Of a DNA stretch of 64,000 nt, positions 9,699 to 20,741 are shown one piece after another (within the stretch, counting starts at the first letter, position 1; each line of letters begins with the position of its first letter). The stretch comes from a virus (taxonomy: Duplodnaviria; Caudoviricetes): IMG/VR virus record IMGVR_UViG_2840619991_000006, positions 1 through 64,000 of that record; one strand, written 5' to 3'. A program made the position numbers and the translations under genes. The notes beneath the pieces are model-generated. The model did not search any database. It saw only the letters and a list, made by a program, of their open reading frames with translations, and was not told where the DNA came from.

Positions 9699-9753
9699 TA
9701 TAGCGTTGCGATAAGAAAAGCGCTTGTCATTTTTTATAGTGCAACGCTATATT
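9699..9753 (+). promoter_or_regulatory. sigma70-like promoter with inverted operator pair
   Basis: TTGTCA(9724)-18 nt-TATATT(9748); inverted repeat TATAGCGTTGC (9699-9709) / GCAACGCTATA (9741-9751). Confidence 0.65.
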
Positions 9754-9799
9754 CGTTTCAGGAACAACACGGCGCCCGCCGCCAACCGGAGACCGAACG

Positions 9800-9982
9800 A
9801 TGCAGCGCAACGCCTCGCCCACTGCCGCGCCGGACCTTCTGGATTTTGCTGAATGGGTGAGAAGCAACCTCACTGTCTTGAAACACAACGGCGACCGCAT
9901 CCCGGAAGCCGTCAGGGGCGAAATCCTGTCCGGGATCATCGAGCGCGCCGACGCCGCTATCGTCCAGGCGACCAACCTCTGA
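9800..9982 (+). CDS. hypothetical protein
   Basis: GGAG RBS, first ORF after the promoter. Confidence 0.55.
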   Translation: MQRNASPTAAPDLLDFAEWVRSNLTVLKHNGDRIPEAVRGEILSGIIERADAAIVQATNL

Positions 9983-10027
9983 AGGCCACCGGACGATCAA
10001 ACCGCAAATCCAAGAACAGAGGGCACG

Positions 10028-10264
10028 ATGAACAAGGCTAGGCGGAAGCGGCTCGCAGAAGCTGCTGAACTTCTTGAACAAGCTCTCACCATCATCAGCG
10101 AAGCGAAGGATGAGGAGCAGGATGCATTCGACAACCTGCCTGAATCCATTCAGCAGGGAGAGCGGGGCCAGACGATGGAAGAGGCGATTAACAGCCTCGA
10201 CGACATCCATACCGCCGTTGAGGAGGCGCGAGACACCCTCGCCGGGATAGCGGGTGGCGCCTAA
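10028..10264 (+). CDS. phage acidic coiled-coil hypothetical protein
   Basis: MNKARRKRL...EEQDAFDNLPESIQQGERG is a common phage pattern. Confidence 0.65.
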   Translation: MNKARRKRLAEAAELLEQALTIISEAKDEEQDAFDNLPESIQQGERGQTMEEAINSLDDIHTAVEEARDTLAGIAGGA

Positions 10265-10350
10265 ACGGCCTTCGGGCCGGCTTCCCGAACGCCCAGGAGT
10301 CGCCGGGCGGATTACGAGACGAACAACCCTTTCCCCTTCGGAGACCAACC

Positions 10351-10638
10351 GTGGCTGCCAACATCCGCCTCATCGTCGCCGAGAAGATCCGCAACGCGCG
10401 GAAGCCGCTGACGGTGACGAAGGTCAAGCTCGCTGTCGAGGGCGGCAAGCACACCATGACCATCGGTCGTTACAAGACCGCTGTCCCCGACCAAAACAAG
10501 CGGTACGCGATCTTCTGCTACGGGCGGAACGTCCTGCCGCACCGCCGGGAGATGTTCTTCCGCTCCGCCGCCGATGCCGCCGTGTGGCTCATCGACTTCT
10601 GCGGGGGCCAACGCCTCCGACAGGAACTCAACCTCTAA
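10351..10638 (+). CDS. hypothetical protein
   Basis: GGAG RBS before GTG. Confidence 0.5.
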   Translation: MAANIRLIVAEKIRNARKPLTVTKVKLAVEGGKHTMTIGRYKTAVPDQNKRYAIFCYGRNVLPHRREMFFRSAADAAVWLIDFCGGQRLRQELNL

Positions 10639-10661
10639 TCACCTTCCTCTGGAGCCAACCC

Positions 10662-10919
10662 ATGTCCGTTTTCGACCTCGGCCCCACCACCAAGACCTAT
10701 GAGAACGTGCACTTCATGGTGCACGTCGAGGATGACGAGGACGGTACGTTCGGGTTGCTGATCGAGCCGAAGCAGGGCGAAGTCAGCGCCGTCCGCGTCT
10801 CCAGCTTGGCGCGCAGCCGGGGCTTCCTCCACCAGTTCAATCACGAGTACCGCTCGAAGGCATCAGCCTGCCGTGCAGCTCGCAACCTCCTGAATGGCCC
10901 GCTCAGCCGGGCCGGGTGA
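10662..10919 (+). CDS. hypothetical protein
   Basis: GGAG RBS. Confidence 0.5.
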   Translation: MSVFDLGPTTKTYENVHFMVHVEDDEDGTFGLLIEPKQGEVSAVRVSSLARSRGFLHQFNHEYRSKASACRAARNLLNGPLSRAG

Positions 10920-11003
10920 CACCGGGCCAGTTCCCACGACGCCCGCCTCGCCGGACGCCTTGGAAACCGGATCGACGCGATCCCATTCATCCTGGAGCCC
11001 ACA

Positions 11004-11606
11004 ATGCCCGCCCAGATTCTCCCTCTCCCGATTACCACACTTCAGCCCCAACAGCCGGTCGAGCCGAAGCGGCAGGCCCAGCGCGGCCCGACCTACACCA
11101 CCGCCCAGGGCGATAAGTTCGAGGCCGGGCGGAACTTCGCCGAGGTCGCGAAGCTGGTCCGGGCCGACATCAAGGCCGCCATCGCCGCCGGCCACCTCCC
11201 CAAGGGGATGGTGTGCAGCGTCCGCATCGATCGTTTCAGCATGGGGCAATCGCTCCACCTGTCGGTGACGGCCTGCCCGATCATGGTGGTGAACCCCGCC
11301 TATGTCCGCTGGCAGCGCGACAACCCGCATGCCTGCATGTCCGAGGCGCTTCCGGATGCCCGCGACCGCTTCAGCCCGGAGGGACGGCACGTCATCGACA
11401 CGCTCACTGGCATCGTCGAGGCCTACAACCGCCGTGTCACCAGCGATCAGCCGGACGACTACAGCAACGTCAGTTTCTACACCAACATCGCTTTCGCGCT
11501 GGACCTGCGGGAGGAGCAGAGCATGACGGTCCTGGCCCTCCAGTCGGAGGTGAGCCTGCGGAATTCCTGGAAGCCGGCGGGCGCCAACAGCGCCGCCCAT
11601 CTCTGA
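11004..11606 (+). CDS. LPD29 (large polyvalent protein domain 29) protein
   Basis: AKLVRADIK...SVRIDRFSMGQS...YN...DDYSNVSFY matches the LPD29 pattern. Confidence 0.65.
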   Translation: MPAQILPLPITTLQPQQPVEPKRQAQRGPTYTTAQGDKFEAGRNFAEVAKLVRADIKAAIAAGHLPKGMVCSVRIDRFSMGQSLHLSVTACPIMVVNPAYVRWQRDNPHACMSEALPDARDRFSPEGRHVIDTLTGIVEAYNRRVTSDQPDDYSNVSFYTNIAFALDLREEQSMTVLALQSEVSLRNSWKPAGANSAAHL

Positions 11607-11619
11607 AGGAGACACCCCC

Positions 11620-12297
11620 ATGTCGGACACCTCCGCGCTCGACACCCTCCGCATCGAGAAACAGGCCACGCCCGCCGGCATGGCCTATCACGCTGCACGC
11701 CACCCCAAGACGGGCGACGGCCTGACGGCGGTCACCAACATCGCCACGAAGCAGACCTCCGTCATGCTGGACGGGCAGCCCATTGGCCGCGTCCACACGC
11801 TCTCCGACATGCCGCCCGGTGCCCTCCTCTGGCGGGCAGAATCCTACCGAACACCCGGCTTCTGGTGCGGTCGGTCGCTCTGGGACGGCACCGGGCCTGA
11901 CGGGTATTTCCAGGACCCGGTGGAGGCGATGGCCGCGATGGTGGCCGACAGCATCGAGTGGGAGAACGACACACCGATGCGCAATGGCTTGAACCACGCT
12001 GACGATTTCCAGATCGCCGAACGCGCCATGATCCCCGGCTTCGTCCTGACCGCCCGCATCACCTCGGAAGGGCGCGCCTGCTTCGCAGTTTGGTCCACCG
12101 CCAACTGGACCACGGGGTGCTATTCCCTCCCGCTGCTGGACCGTTACGCCGAGACCTTCGATGACGCACAGCGGCTGGCCACCTCTGCCGGCGCCGCGCT
12201 CCTGGTCACCGGGGTCACTTGGTCTATGGTGGACGCCGAGCTGACGATCACACGCTGGCTGGAGGCCCAACACCTCCCGCCCCGCCGCGTCTGGTAA
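11620..12297 (+). CDS. hypothetical protein
   Basis: AAGGAG RBS. Confidence 0.6.
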   Translation: MSDTSALDTLRIEKQATPAGMAYHAARHPKTGDGLTAVTNIATKQTSVMLDGQPIGRVHTLSDMPPGALLWRAESYRTPGFWCGRSLWDGTGPDGYFQDPVEAMAAMVADSIEWENDTPMRNGLNHADDFQIAERAMIPGFVLTARITSEGRACFAVWSTANWTTGCYSLPLLDRYAETFDDAQRLATSAGAALLVTGVTWSMVDAELTITRWLEAQHLPPRRVW

Positions 12298-12568
12298 TCG
12301 GGGAAAAGCACGCCACCCAGCTATGGCCAGATCATCGCTAACGTACAGTGCGCGCTCAGAATGGAAGCAAGCTTAGTTACCTCGTGAACTGCTTTCCATT
12401 TTAAAACGCGCGTTTTCTTTCAAACATAAATTTCCTATTCCGTTCAGCGTGTTCGTTGTCCACTCAATAGCACCACCGTAAAATCAACCATCACCGCCCG
12501 CTCTACTGTCCCGGCATCCGTTTCGCGATGCCGGGCACACCCCGTTCTTGCCCTCATGGGGAAACTGC

Positions 12569-15500
12569 ATGTCCGTCTCCGCCCAGGTGCGCGCTCCGCA
12601 GCTTGCCGACCTCACTGCCCAGATCGGCGCCGGTACGAAAATCTCCCCGCAATTCCTGATCGGCATCGCCAATCAGCACTTTGGCGGCACCATGACCGCA
12701 GGCACCTACACGACGGCAGACGCCTACGATCTCGCGGAACAGGCGCTCAACAGGCTGATCCTGGAACGCCGGGTCATGCTGGCGCCCACGGTCGGGCTGG
12801 TGTCCGCCCAGGTCAGGGTCGGCGACCTGGAGGCCATGGGCGCGTTGCTGCCGACGCGCACTCGGAGGGATGATGAGGTCGAGGCCTTCGACCAGTTCAG
12901 CACGCCGCCGGCCCTGGGCTTCGCTGCGGCGTGGCTGGCGGACCTGAAGCCCGGAGACGTGGTGCTGGAGCCGAGCGCCGGTGTCGGTGGCCTCGCTGTC
13001 CACGCCCGAAACGCCGGCGCATCGGTGGTCTGCAACGAACTGTCCGAGCGCCGCGCCGGACTGCTGGAGGGGCTGGGGTTCACCCCCATCTTCCGTGAGA
13101 ATGCCGACCACCTCCATTCCGTCTTGCCGAAGCAGGTGCTGCCCACGGCGGTGCTGATCAACCCGCCGTTCAGCGCCACTGCGGGCCGGCTGGGCGACAA
13201 GGCGGACCCGATGACCGCCGCCCGCCACGTCGACCAAGCGCTGAAGCGGCTGCTGGTGAACGGGCGGCTGGTGGCGATCCTGCCGCCGGGCATGGCCTTT
13301 GGCGCCGCCCGGTTCCGGGACTGGTGGCGGCAGATCATCCAGGTCTACTCGGTCAAGGCAAACGTGCTGCTGGACGCCCGCGCTTTCCGGAAGGCCGGGA
13401 CCGACATCGCGGTGCGCGTCGCGGTGATCGACAAGACCGGGCCGACGTCCGCAACGAACCGCCCCATCGTGGCGGAGCTGGACTCCATCACCAGCATGAT
13501 GGCGGTACTGGAAAGCGTCCGGCTGAATCGGCCGCACGTCGCTCCCGCCGCTGCTCCGAAGATGCCGGCTGCGGTCGCCCGCCCCGCAGCACCGACACCG
13601 GCACCCGCGCGCCCCGCCAATGAAGCGGCCAAGCCCAGCGCACCGGTCACCGATCTTCAACCAGCGCCGGCCCCGGCCATCGCCGTCGAGCAGGCCAAGA
13701 CGCGCGACCGCCACGAAACCCCGATCACCGACACCAAATACGAGCCCTATGAACCGCAGCGCCTGAAGGTGCCCGGTGCGCGGCCGCACCCATCCAAGCT
13801 GGTCGAGAGCGCCGCGATGGCCGCCGTGCTGCCACCAGAGCCGCGCTACAGCCCGCACTTTCCGGAGAGCGTCATCCTGGAGGGGCGGCTGTCGCTCGCC
13901 CAGCTCGAAGCCGTGATCTATGCCGGTCAGGCGCACGGCGAGTTCCTCCCCGCTTCGCCCGGCGAAACGCCCTGCCGCGCCGGTTACGCGATCGGGGACG
14001 GAACAGGCGTCGGCAAAGGGCGCGCGCAACCCCTTGATGCAATTGTGCTTACGCCTGCCGGCTGGAAGCAGATGGGAGACATTAAGTTTGGTGACCCCGT
14101 CATTGCCGGCGATGGAAGCCACACCATAGTCACCGGCGTTTATCCGCAAGGCGAATGCGACATCTACCGTATACAGTTCTCGGACGGCGCATCTACTGAA
14201 TGCACCGCCGACCACCTATGGCTCACACAGACGCGCCGCCAACGGTACTACGAAAAGAAAAAGTGGGGCATCAACTATGCAATCCCCAAAGTCCTCACCA
14301 CTGCAGAGATCCAATCGTCTCTGCATCTGATTCACTCCATACCGCTTGTTGGCCCTGTGGTATTCCCGTACCGAGAACTCTTGATCGATGCCTACGTGTT
14401 GGGTGCACTTCTGGCAGACGGTTCTCTTCGGAATTCTGCATCCCAAATCGTCAATGCCGACGAAGAGGTGTTGACGAATGTCGCCACGGCCTTGCCGGAT
14501 GGTATGATGCTGAAGAAAGTAGCGGCGCGCGAATACCACTATGACATTAAGAGCACAACCCCATACGGGAAAGGCTGTTCTCTACCAATAAATCACGTAC
14601 AGCGGGCGCTTCGCGCCTATGGTCTAACTAACAAAACTGCCGCATTTAAATTCATTCCAGATGACTACAAATTTAACAACGCTGCAACTAGGCTTGCAAT
14701 ATTGCAAGGACTAATGGACTGTGACGGCTATGTTAACAAGCACGGAGCCTGCGTCTATTACACGGTGTCGGAGCGTCTTGCATCCGATATTGAATTCATC
14801 GTTCAGTCGCTCGGCGGCACCACGACTCGCGGCTTGAAACCGACTAACCGGCTTCTTTGCCACGTAGTGTATTTACGCCTTCCAGAAGGAATAAACCCGT
14901 GCCGATTGACCCGGAAGGCCAACTTGGTACGCAAAGCTTGGGTAAAGTACCCGCCAAGACGGTACATCAAGAGCATTGAGCTCATTGGCAGGAAGCCAGC
15001 TCAGTGCATTGCTGTGGCGCACCCATCTCGGCTATACGTCACCAACAATTTTATCGTTACTCACAACACGTCCGCAGCAACAATCCTGGACAACTGGCAC
15101 CAGGGCCGCCGAAAGGCGCTCTGGATCACCAAAAACGATTCCACCCTGCTCGGCGCCGCGCGCCGCGACTGGTCCGACCTCGGCGGCGATCCCTCGGTCA
15201 TCTTCCCGCTTTCCAAGACGCCCGCGGGTGAAGCCATCAAGGCGCCGCACGGCATTCTCCTGGTCAGCACCGGCACCCTGCGCAGCAAGCCACGGGAGAA
15301 GATCACCCGTCTCCAGCAGATCCTCAACTGGCTGGGCCCGGACTTTGACGGCGTCATCATCTCCGACGAGCACCACGCCGCCGCGAACGCCGTGGAGACG
15401 GATGGTTCCCGCGGCAAGACGAAGGCCAGCCAGACCGGGTTGGCATCGGTGGATCTCCAGAAGTCCCTCCCGCTGGCGCGGATCGTCTACGTCTCGGCAA

Positions 15501-17880
15501 CCCTGGCGGACAAGGTCGAGAACTTGTCGAGCTGCGACCGCCTCGGCCTGTGGGGCTACGGCACCCCATTTACCACCAAGCTCGCCTTCATCGACCAGAT
15601 CAAGTCCGGCGGCATCGCCGCGATGGAGATCGTCACCCGCGACCTGAAGGCGCTTGGCCGCTACGGTGCCCGTTCCCTTTCCTACGAGGATATCCGGTAC
15701 CGGCGGCTGGTCCACGACCTGACGCCGGAGCAGGTCGCGCTCTACGACGAGATGGCCGAGGCGTGGCAGATCGTGCTGGCCAACGTCCACCAAGCCACCA
15801 AGCTGGTCGGCACCGCGAGCGACGGACAGGCGATGTCCAAGACGATGAGCGCCTTTTGGGGACGCACCAGCGGTTCTTCAATCAGGTGCTCACGGCCATG
15901 ATGATGCCGACGATCCTCCAGGAGATGGAGGAGGATGTTCGGGCCGGGCGGTCGCCGCTGCTCTACTTCGTCAACACCAACGAGGCTGCCCAGGAACGCG
16001 CGCTTGCCCGTGAAGGCGCCGAGGAGAACCTGGACGATCTCGACACGTCGCCGCGGGAAAGCCTGATCCAATACCTGGAACTGTGCTTCCCGGTGAAGCA
16101 GCACGAGCCCTATGCCGACGAGTTCGGGAACATCCGGACGCGGACCGCCACGGACAGCACCGGCGCCCCGATCATAAACCAGGAAGCCCTGGAGATGCGG
16201 GAGAACCTGTTGGGCTGCATCGGGTGCCTCCGCGTCCCGAATGGCCCGCTGGAGCAGCTTCTGGACCGCTTCGGCCCCGACATGGTGGCCGAGCTGACCG
16301 GACGCACCAGGCGCATCGTGAAGCGGCCGGACGCCAGCGGCGTCGTGCGACCGGTGATCGAGCCCCGCGGCAAGGCCCACATGATGGCCGACCTGCAAGC
16401 CTTCCAGGAGGACCGGAAGCCGATCGTCGCTTACAGCAACGCCGGGAACACCGGCATCGACCTGCATGCCGGGAGGAAGTTCAAGAACCGCCGGCAGCGG
16501 GTGCTCTACATCGCCCAGGCTGGATGGAGCGCGAAGGAGGCGACCCAGGCCGTGGGCCGCCCGCACCGCTCCGATCAGGAATCGGCGCCAGAGGTCGTGC
16601 TCTGCACCACCAGCCTGAAGGGGCACAAGCGGTTCATCACCTCGATCGCCCGGCGGCTGGGCCAGCTCGGCGCCCTCACCAAGGGCCAGCGCAACACCGG
16701 GGAGCAGGGGCTGTTCAGCGAGCGCGACAACCTCGAAGGGGATTACGGCTCCGCCGCCCTGTTCCAGCTCATCAAGGATCTGGATTCCGGCAAGGAGGTC
16801 AGCGGCCTTAACATCGATGAGTTCCAGCGGCAGTTGGGATTGAAGCTGCTGAACGAGGAAGGCGACCTTCTAATCGCGAAGCTGCCAACCGTGAAGCAGT
16901 TCCTGAACCGCCTGCTGTCGATGCGCGTCGATCCGATGAACCGACTCTTCGACGAGTTCGCCTCCCGCCTGGATCAGGCCGTGGAAGCGGCGGCCGAGGC
17001 AGGCCTGCTCAACGTCGGGGTGGAAACCGTCATCGCGGACAGCATCGAGGTCATGTCGCCGCCACGCGTCGTTTACACCTGCCCGCGGACCGGCGCCGAA
17101 ACCACCTACACCGAACTCAAGGTCTGGCGCCGGAACAACCCCATCACCTACGACGAGGTGATGGAGAAGCACCCCGACATCCTGCGGTTCGTGAAGAACC
17201 GGAAGACCGGGCGCGTCTACGCCCTCCGCCCAGCGCACAACCGCACCGACCTCAAGGATGGCTCCGTGGTGCCGCAGTACCGGCTCGTCGGGCCTCTGCA
17301 CACCCATTACGTCGATGCGAAGCACATCGATGATCGTTTCGCGACTTACGACTTCATCGGTCGGGAGAAAGCACGCCCCGCCTGGGCCGCGGAGGTCGGG
17401 CAGAGCGAACCATTCCAGGTCGAGGCTATGCACGTCATCTCCGGCATCCTGCTGCCGATCTGGGACAAGCTGGCAGACACCGGGGAGCCGAAGGTTTACC
17501 GGCTCCAGACCGATGACGGCACCCGTCTGCTCGGGCGTGTCGTACCGGCGGTGCAGATCCGTCAGGTGCTCGCCAAGCTGGGAGCCAGTTACGGGAAACC
17601 CTGGTCACCGAAGGAGGCCATCGAGACGGTTCTGGCCGGGCATGACCTCCAGCTCGCCAACGGCTGGCGGGTGGTGCGGGCCAAGGTCTCCGGCGAGGCC
17701 CGCATCGAACTGAAGGGGCCGTCCTGGGGGGACTATTATCAGGATTTGAAGAAGGTCGGAGTGATCCAGGAGATGATCACCGGCGCCACCCGGTTCTTCG
17801 TGCCGCACGGCGGGCCGGGGGTGATGGCGAAGGTGATCCAGTTCCGGCCCGTGGTGGATGGGGGGATGGCGCCACGGTAA
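12569..17880 (+). CDS. Strawberry-notch family MTase/SF2 helicase with an intein and a frameshift at about 15858
   Basis: N-terminal MTase motifs LEPSAGVG and NPPF; Walker A GDGTGVGKGR; DEHH, YVSAT, AELTGR and QAVGRPHRSDQ; reading continues in the 15550-17880 frame after a TTTTGGGG run. Confidence 0.85.
14024..15067 (+). mobile_element. class-3 intein with LAGLIDADG homing endonuclease (348 aa)
   Basis: Starts AQPLDA, block B TADHLW, LAGLIDADG motifs LGALLADGS and LQGLMDCDG, block F AQCIAV, ends VTHN followed by T; lower GC than the flanks. Confidence 0.9.
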
Positions 17881-17951
17881 GGGCGGCGCCGTCCCACCAT
17901 CAATCACGCGGTGACACGAGGCATGATGCGACCACATTCCACTCCGACCAC

Positions 17952-19571
17952 TCAGACACCCACGCTGAGGTCCGTTCGCATGTCAGCATACAGCACAGCC
18001 CTCCCGCGACCGGCTTTTTTCGCCGTGTAAAGTGCTTGGTCGGCATACCGACAGACCATGCCCAAATCGGAGCTGTTCACCGGCCACAGTGCGACACCGA
18101 CGCTGCACCCGATATGGACAACTTCTCCTTCGATCAGAAACGGCGCGCTTAGGCTGTTGATGATCCTGCTGGCGACGTCGAGTGCGTGCTGTGGGAGCGG
18201 GCCGCTCGGTAGCCGCATCACAACGGCGAATTCGTCGCCGCCAAGGCGGGCCGCCAAGTCACCGTGGCGCGTGCACTGAGCCAAACGAGCTCCAACTTCG
18301 ACAAGGACCGCGTCGCCGAGATGGTGTCCGTACGCATCATTGACTGGCTTGAAGCCATCGAGATCGAGGTAGAGGATAGCGACTGCGGCGGTGCTCTGAA
18401 CCGCTTCGCCTTTCAGGCGCTCCAAATGACCATCAAAAGAACGCCGGTTCGCCAACCCGGTGAGCCGGTCCTGGAAGGCATAGGTGCTCAAGGTCAGGCC
18501 CATGTCACGGACCGCGCGCGCGACCTCGCCAATTTCGGCAATGTGCGGCTTGTCAGGGGCATAAGGATGGTGCGACGTGAACTGACCCGACGACAGGCGC
18601 GCCGCCGACGCCTGGAGAGCGCGCAATCCACGGAGCACCGACACTTCCATCAGGAACCAGACACCGATCACCAGGACGAGCACCACACCGACCATGACGC
18701 CGGTGCTGACCAGCAGTTTCCGGTCAACCTCGGCAACCGCGGCCTCTCTGGCGATGCCCACGGCGATGCGCGCTCCGGTATCGCCCAACGGGGCGTATCC
18801 GATGATCCGCGTCGCGCCATCCAATCCTACCCCTTCGACCACCCCGGTCGTGTTCCGCAGGATTTCTTGGATGACCGGTTGCTCGGCCACGGATTGTCCG
18901 ACCATCCCGGTTGGATCGGGCTCGCGGGCAAGCACCGTGCCTTGGGCGTCCAAGAGCGTAACGGCTCCGCCTGTCGTCTTCGCCGCTTCGGCCGACAGGC
19001 CAGCCAACCACTTGAGGTCCACACCGGCCAGAAGAACGCGGTCAACCTTACCGACATCGTCGAGGGTCGGCAGCACGGCGACCAGAACCGGTTTGCCGCT
19101 GGCCCGGCCGATCAGATAAGCGCTGAGGGTGAACCGCTTGGTCACCAGCGCCCGTTGAAAATACTCGCGGTCAGCAATGCTCAGTGAGCGGTTGTCGCTG
19201 TCGCACAACAGACGACCATCGGGCTGGACGACGGAAAAGCCCGTGCTCCACGGGTGAAGGGTGGTGACTTGCTGTAGAAGCGATACGCATTCGTCCGGTA
19301 CCGCCATTCTCACTTCGGGCACGAGAGTGAGCATCTGGAGCGCGCCACGCGCCTGCTGCAAAACCTCGGCTTGCTGGGCGGCGCCGCGTTCGGCAAGGAG
19401 AATGGTGCTGTGCCGTGCGCGTTCGATCTCCTGACCACGCTCCTGCAAAACGAGAAGGATGATAAGTCCGGCCAGCGGCAACAGAGCGAGCACGATGAAG
19501 GTCTCAAGACGCGCATGAAGCCCCACTTTTGACCACAGCGACCATGCGCGTTTAGATAGACTGCGGACCAT
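17952..19571 (-). CDS. membrane sensor diguanylate cyclase (dCache-HAMP-GGDEF)
   Basis: Two TM helices, Cache motif DREYF, D.LTGL.NRR, DLDGFK, RHGD I-site, intact GGDEF. Confidence 0.92.
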   Translation of the reverse strand: MVRSLSKRAWSLWSKVGLHARLETFIVLALLPLAGLIILLVLQERGQEIERARHSTILLAERGAAQQAEVLQQARGALQMLTLVPEVRMAVPDECVSLLQQVTTLHPWSTGFSVVQPDGRLLCDSDNRSLSIADREYFQRALVTKRFTLSAYLIGRASGKPVLVAVLPTLDDVGKVDRVLLAGVDLKWLAGLSAEAAKTTGGAVTLLDAQGTVLAREPDPTGMVGQSVAEQPVIQEILRNTTGVVEGVGLDGATRIIGYAPLGDTGARIAVGIAREAAVAEVDRKLLVSTGVMVGVVLVLVIGVWFLMEVSVLRGLRALQASAARLSSGQFTSHHPYAPDKPHIAEIGEVARAVRDMGLTLSTYAFQDRLTGLANRRSFDGHLERLKGEAVQSTAAVAILYLDLDGFKPVNDAYGHHLGDAVLVEVGARLAQCTRHGDLAARLGGDEFAVVMRLPSGPLPQHALDVASRIINSLSAPFLIEGEVVHIGCSVGVALWPVNSSDLGMVCRYADQALYTAKKAGRGRAVLYADMRTDLSVGV

Positions 19572-19831
19572 CGTACCAGCCGTTATGAATGCGCGAGTAT
19601 GCCTATTCTTGATGTGTATGGTTTTTCAAGATTCAATTTGCAACAAAGTTGGTGGCTTGGCTCGCTATTTGCGATGCAAACAACCGTGCGCCTTGGGGGT
19701 AGCCAAAGAATTATCAGAGTATTGTCATATAATATCTGAAGCTGAAAAGCCGAATTCCTCTCAGAACATGGTGACGGGATTTATCAACGCGGCACCATAT
19801 TGACGAGGACAATGAGATCCCAGGCAAGGGA

Positions 19832-20437
19832 TCAGCCATTGACCACTTCCCGAGCTGGCAGCACATCAATGTTCGCCCTGAAGACGGTGAACGTCAGCGC
19901 CACGATCTTTGGGTTATCCTCCCAGCGCTCGCCCGGCTTGTCGTGCAAGCTGTTCCAGAGGCAGTAGAAGGCGCCGCGGGCCTCGCTTCCGGCAAGAATC
20001 GGGTTCCGGCCGAACCACCAACCGTTTGCGCACGGCTCGGCGCCCTCCGCCCGCGCGTCTTCCTCCGTGATGTCCTGGAGCCGCTGAAACCGGACGTCCT
20101 CCACAACGAGCGTGATTCGGCTGGCCCAGCGCGGCATATGGATGGAAGGGCGCCACGGATAGCCGCGGAACTCCCGGTCGGCTTTCGCCAGCGTGTCGGT
20201 CGCGGCGTACCGGACATCGCACGGCTGGTACCGTGTCACCTCGTAGTCGCCCCAGGACAGAAGTTGGAAGTTCTCCCGCACCCACAGCCGGTCGCCCGGC
20301 TGCACCTTGGCGAGCGGCGACGTGGCGAGGCGGCGCGTCTGCTTCTTCAGATCGGCCAGTTCAGCGCGCACCATGGCTTCGCTGAAGATGATCGGAATGT
20401 CCTTCGGCGGGCGCGGCGTCACGGAGTCAAGCGGCAT
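19832..20437 (-). CDS. phage ASCH-like protein
   Basis: PIIFS..MVRA..K.QTRR, GDRLWVRE, PSIHMPRWASRITL; paralog at 50963. Confidence 0.7.
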   Translation of the reverse strand: MPLDSVTPRPPKDIPIIFSEAMVRAELADLKKQTRRLATSPLAKVQPGDRLWVRENFQLLSWGDYEVTRYQPCDVRYAATDTLAKADREFRGYPWRPSIHMPRWASRITLVVEDVRFQRLQDITEEDARAEGAEPCANGWWFGRNPILAGSEARGAFYCLWNSLHDKPGERWEDNPKIVALTFTVFRANIDVLPAREVVNG

Positions 20438-20741
20438 GGGGTTCCCCCTGGTGGGCGACGGCCGGCGCTGCGGCGCGTGCTTCGCGCAGCCACCGGACGA
20501 GATTACGGGTGTGAATGGCGAGCATCAGGACCTCGACGTGGATCATCCCCCACATGCCGTCGTGGATGACGAGCGTGGTCCACAGCAGCGTCGAGACCAG
20601 CCCGATCACCGGGCCGGCCAGCACCTTGGAGCCCATGAGCCAATGGGTGGCCATGGAGAACGTCGATGCGAGGAACTGAAGGACGTAGGAGACCGTCAGC
20701 GTCACGATGAAGACGTGCCCGGCGATGATGATCTCGATCAT
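20427..20741 (-). CDS. small membrane protein
   Basis: About 3 hydrophobic segments, coupled ORF. Confidence 0.55.
   Translation of the reverse strand: MIEIIIAGHVFIVTLTVSYVLQFLASTFSMATHWLMGSKVLAGPVIGLVSTLLWTTLVIHDGMWGMIHVEVLMLAIHTRNLVRWLREARAAAPAVAHQGEPHAA

Noticed and set aside
15550-17880. Independent 776-aa gene
   Set aside because: Its first about 100 aa are out-of-frame junk; it is the C-terminal half of the frameshifted Sno helicase
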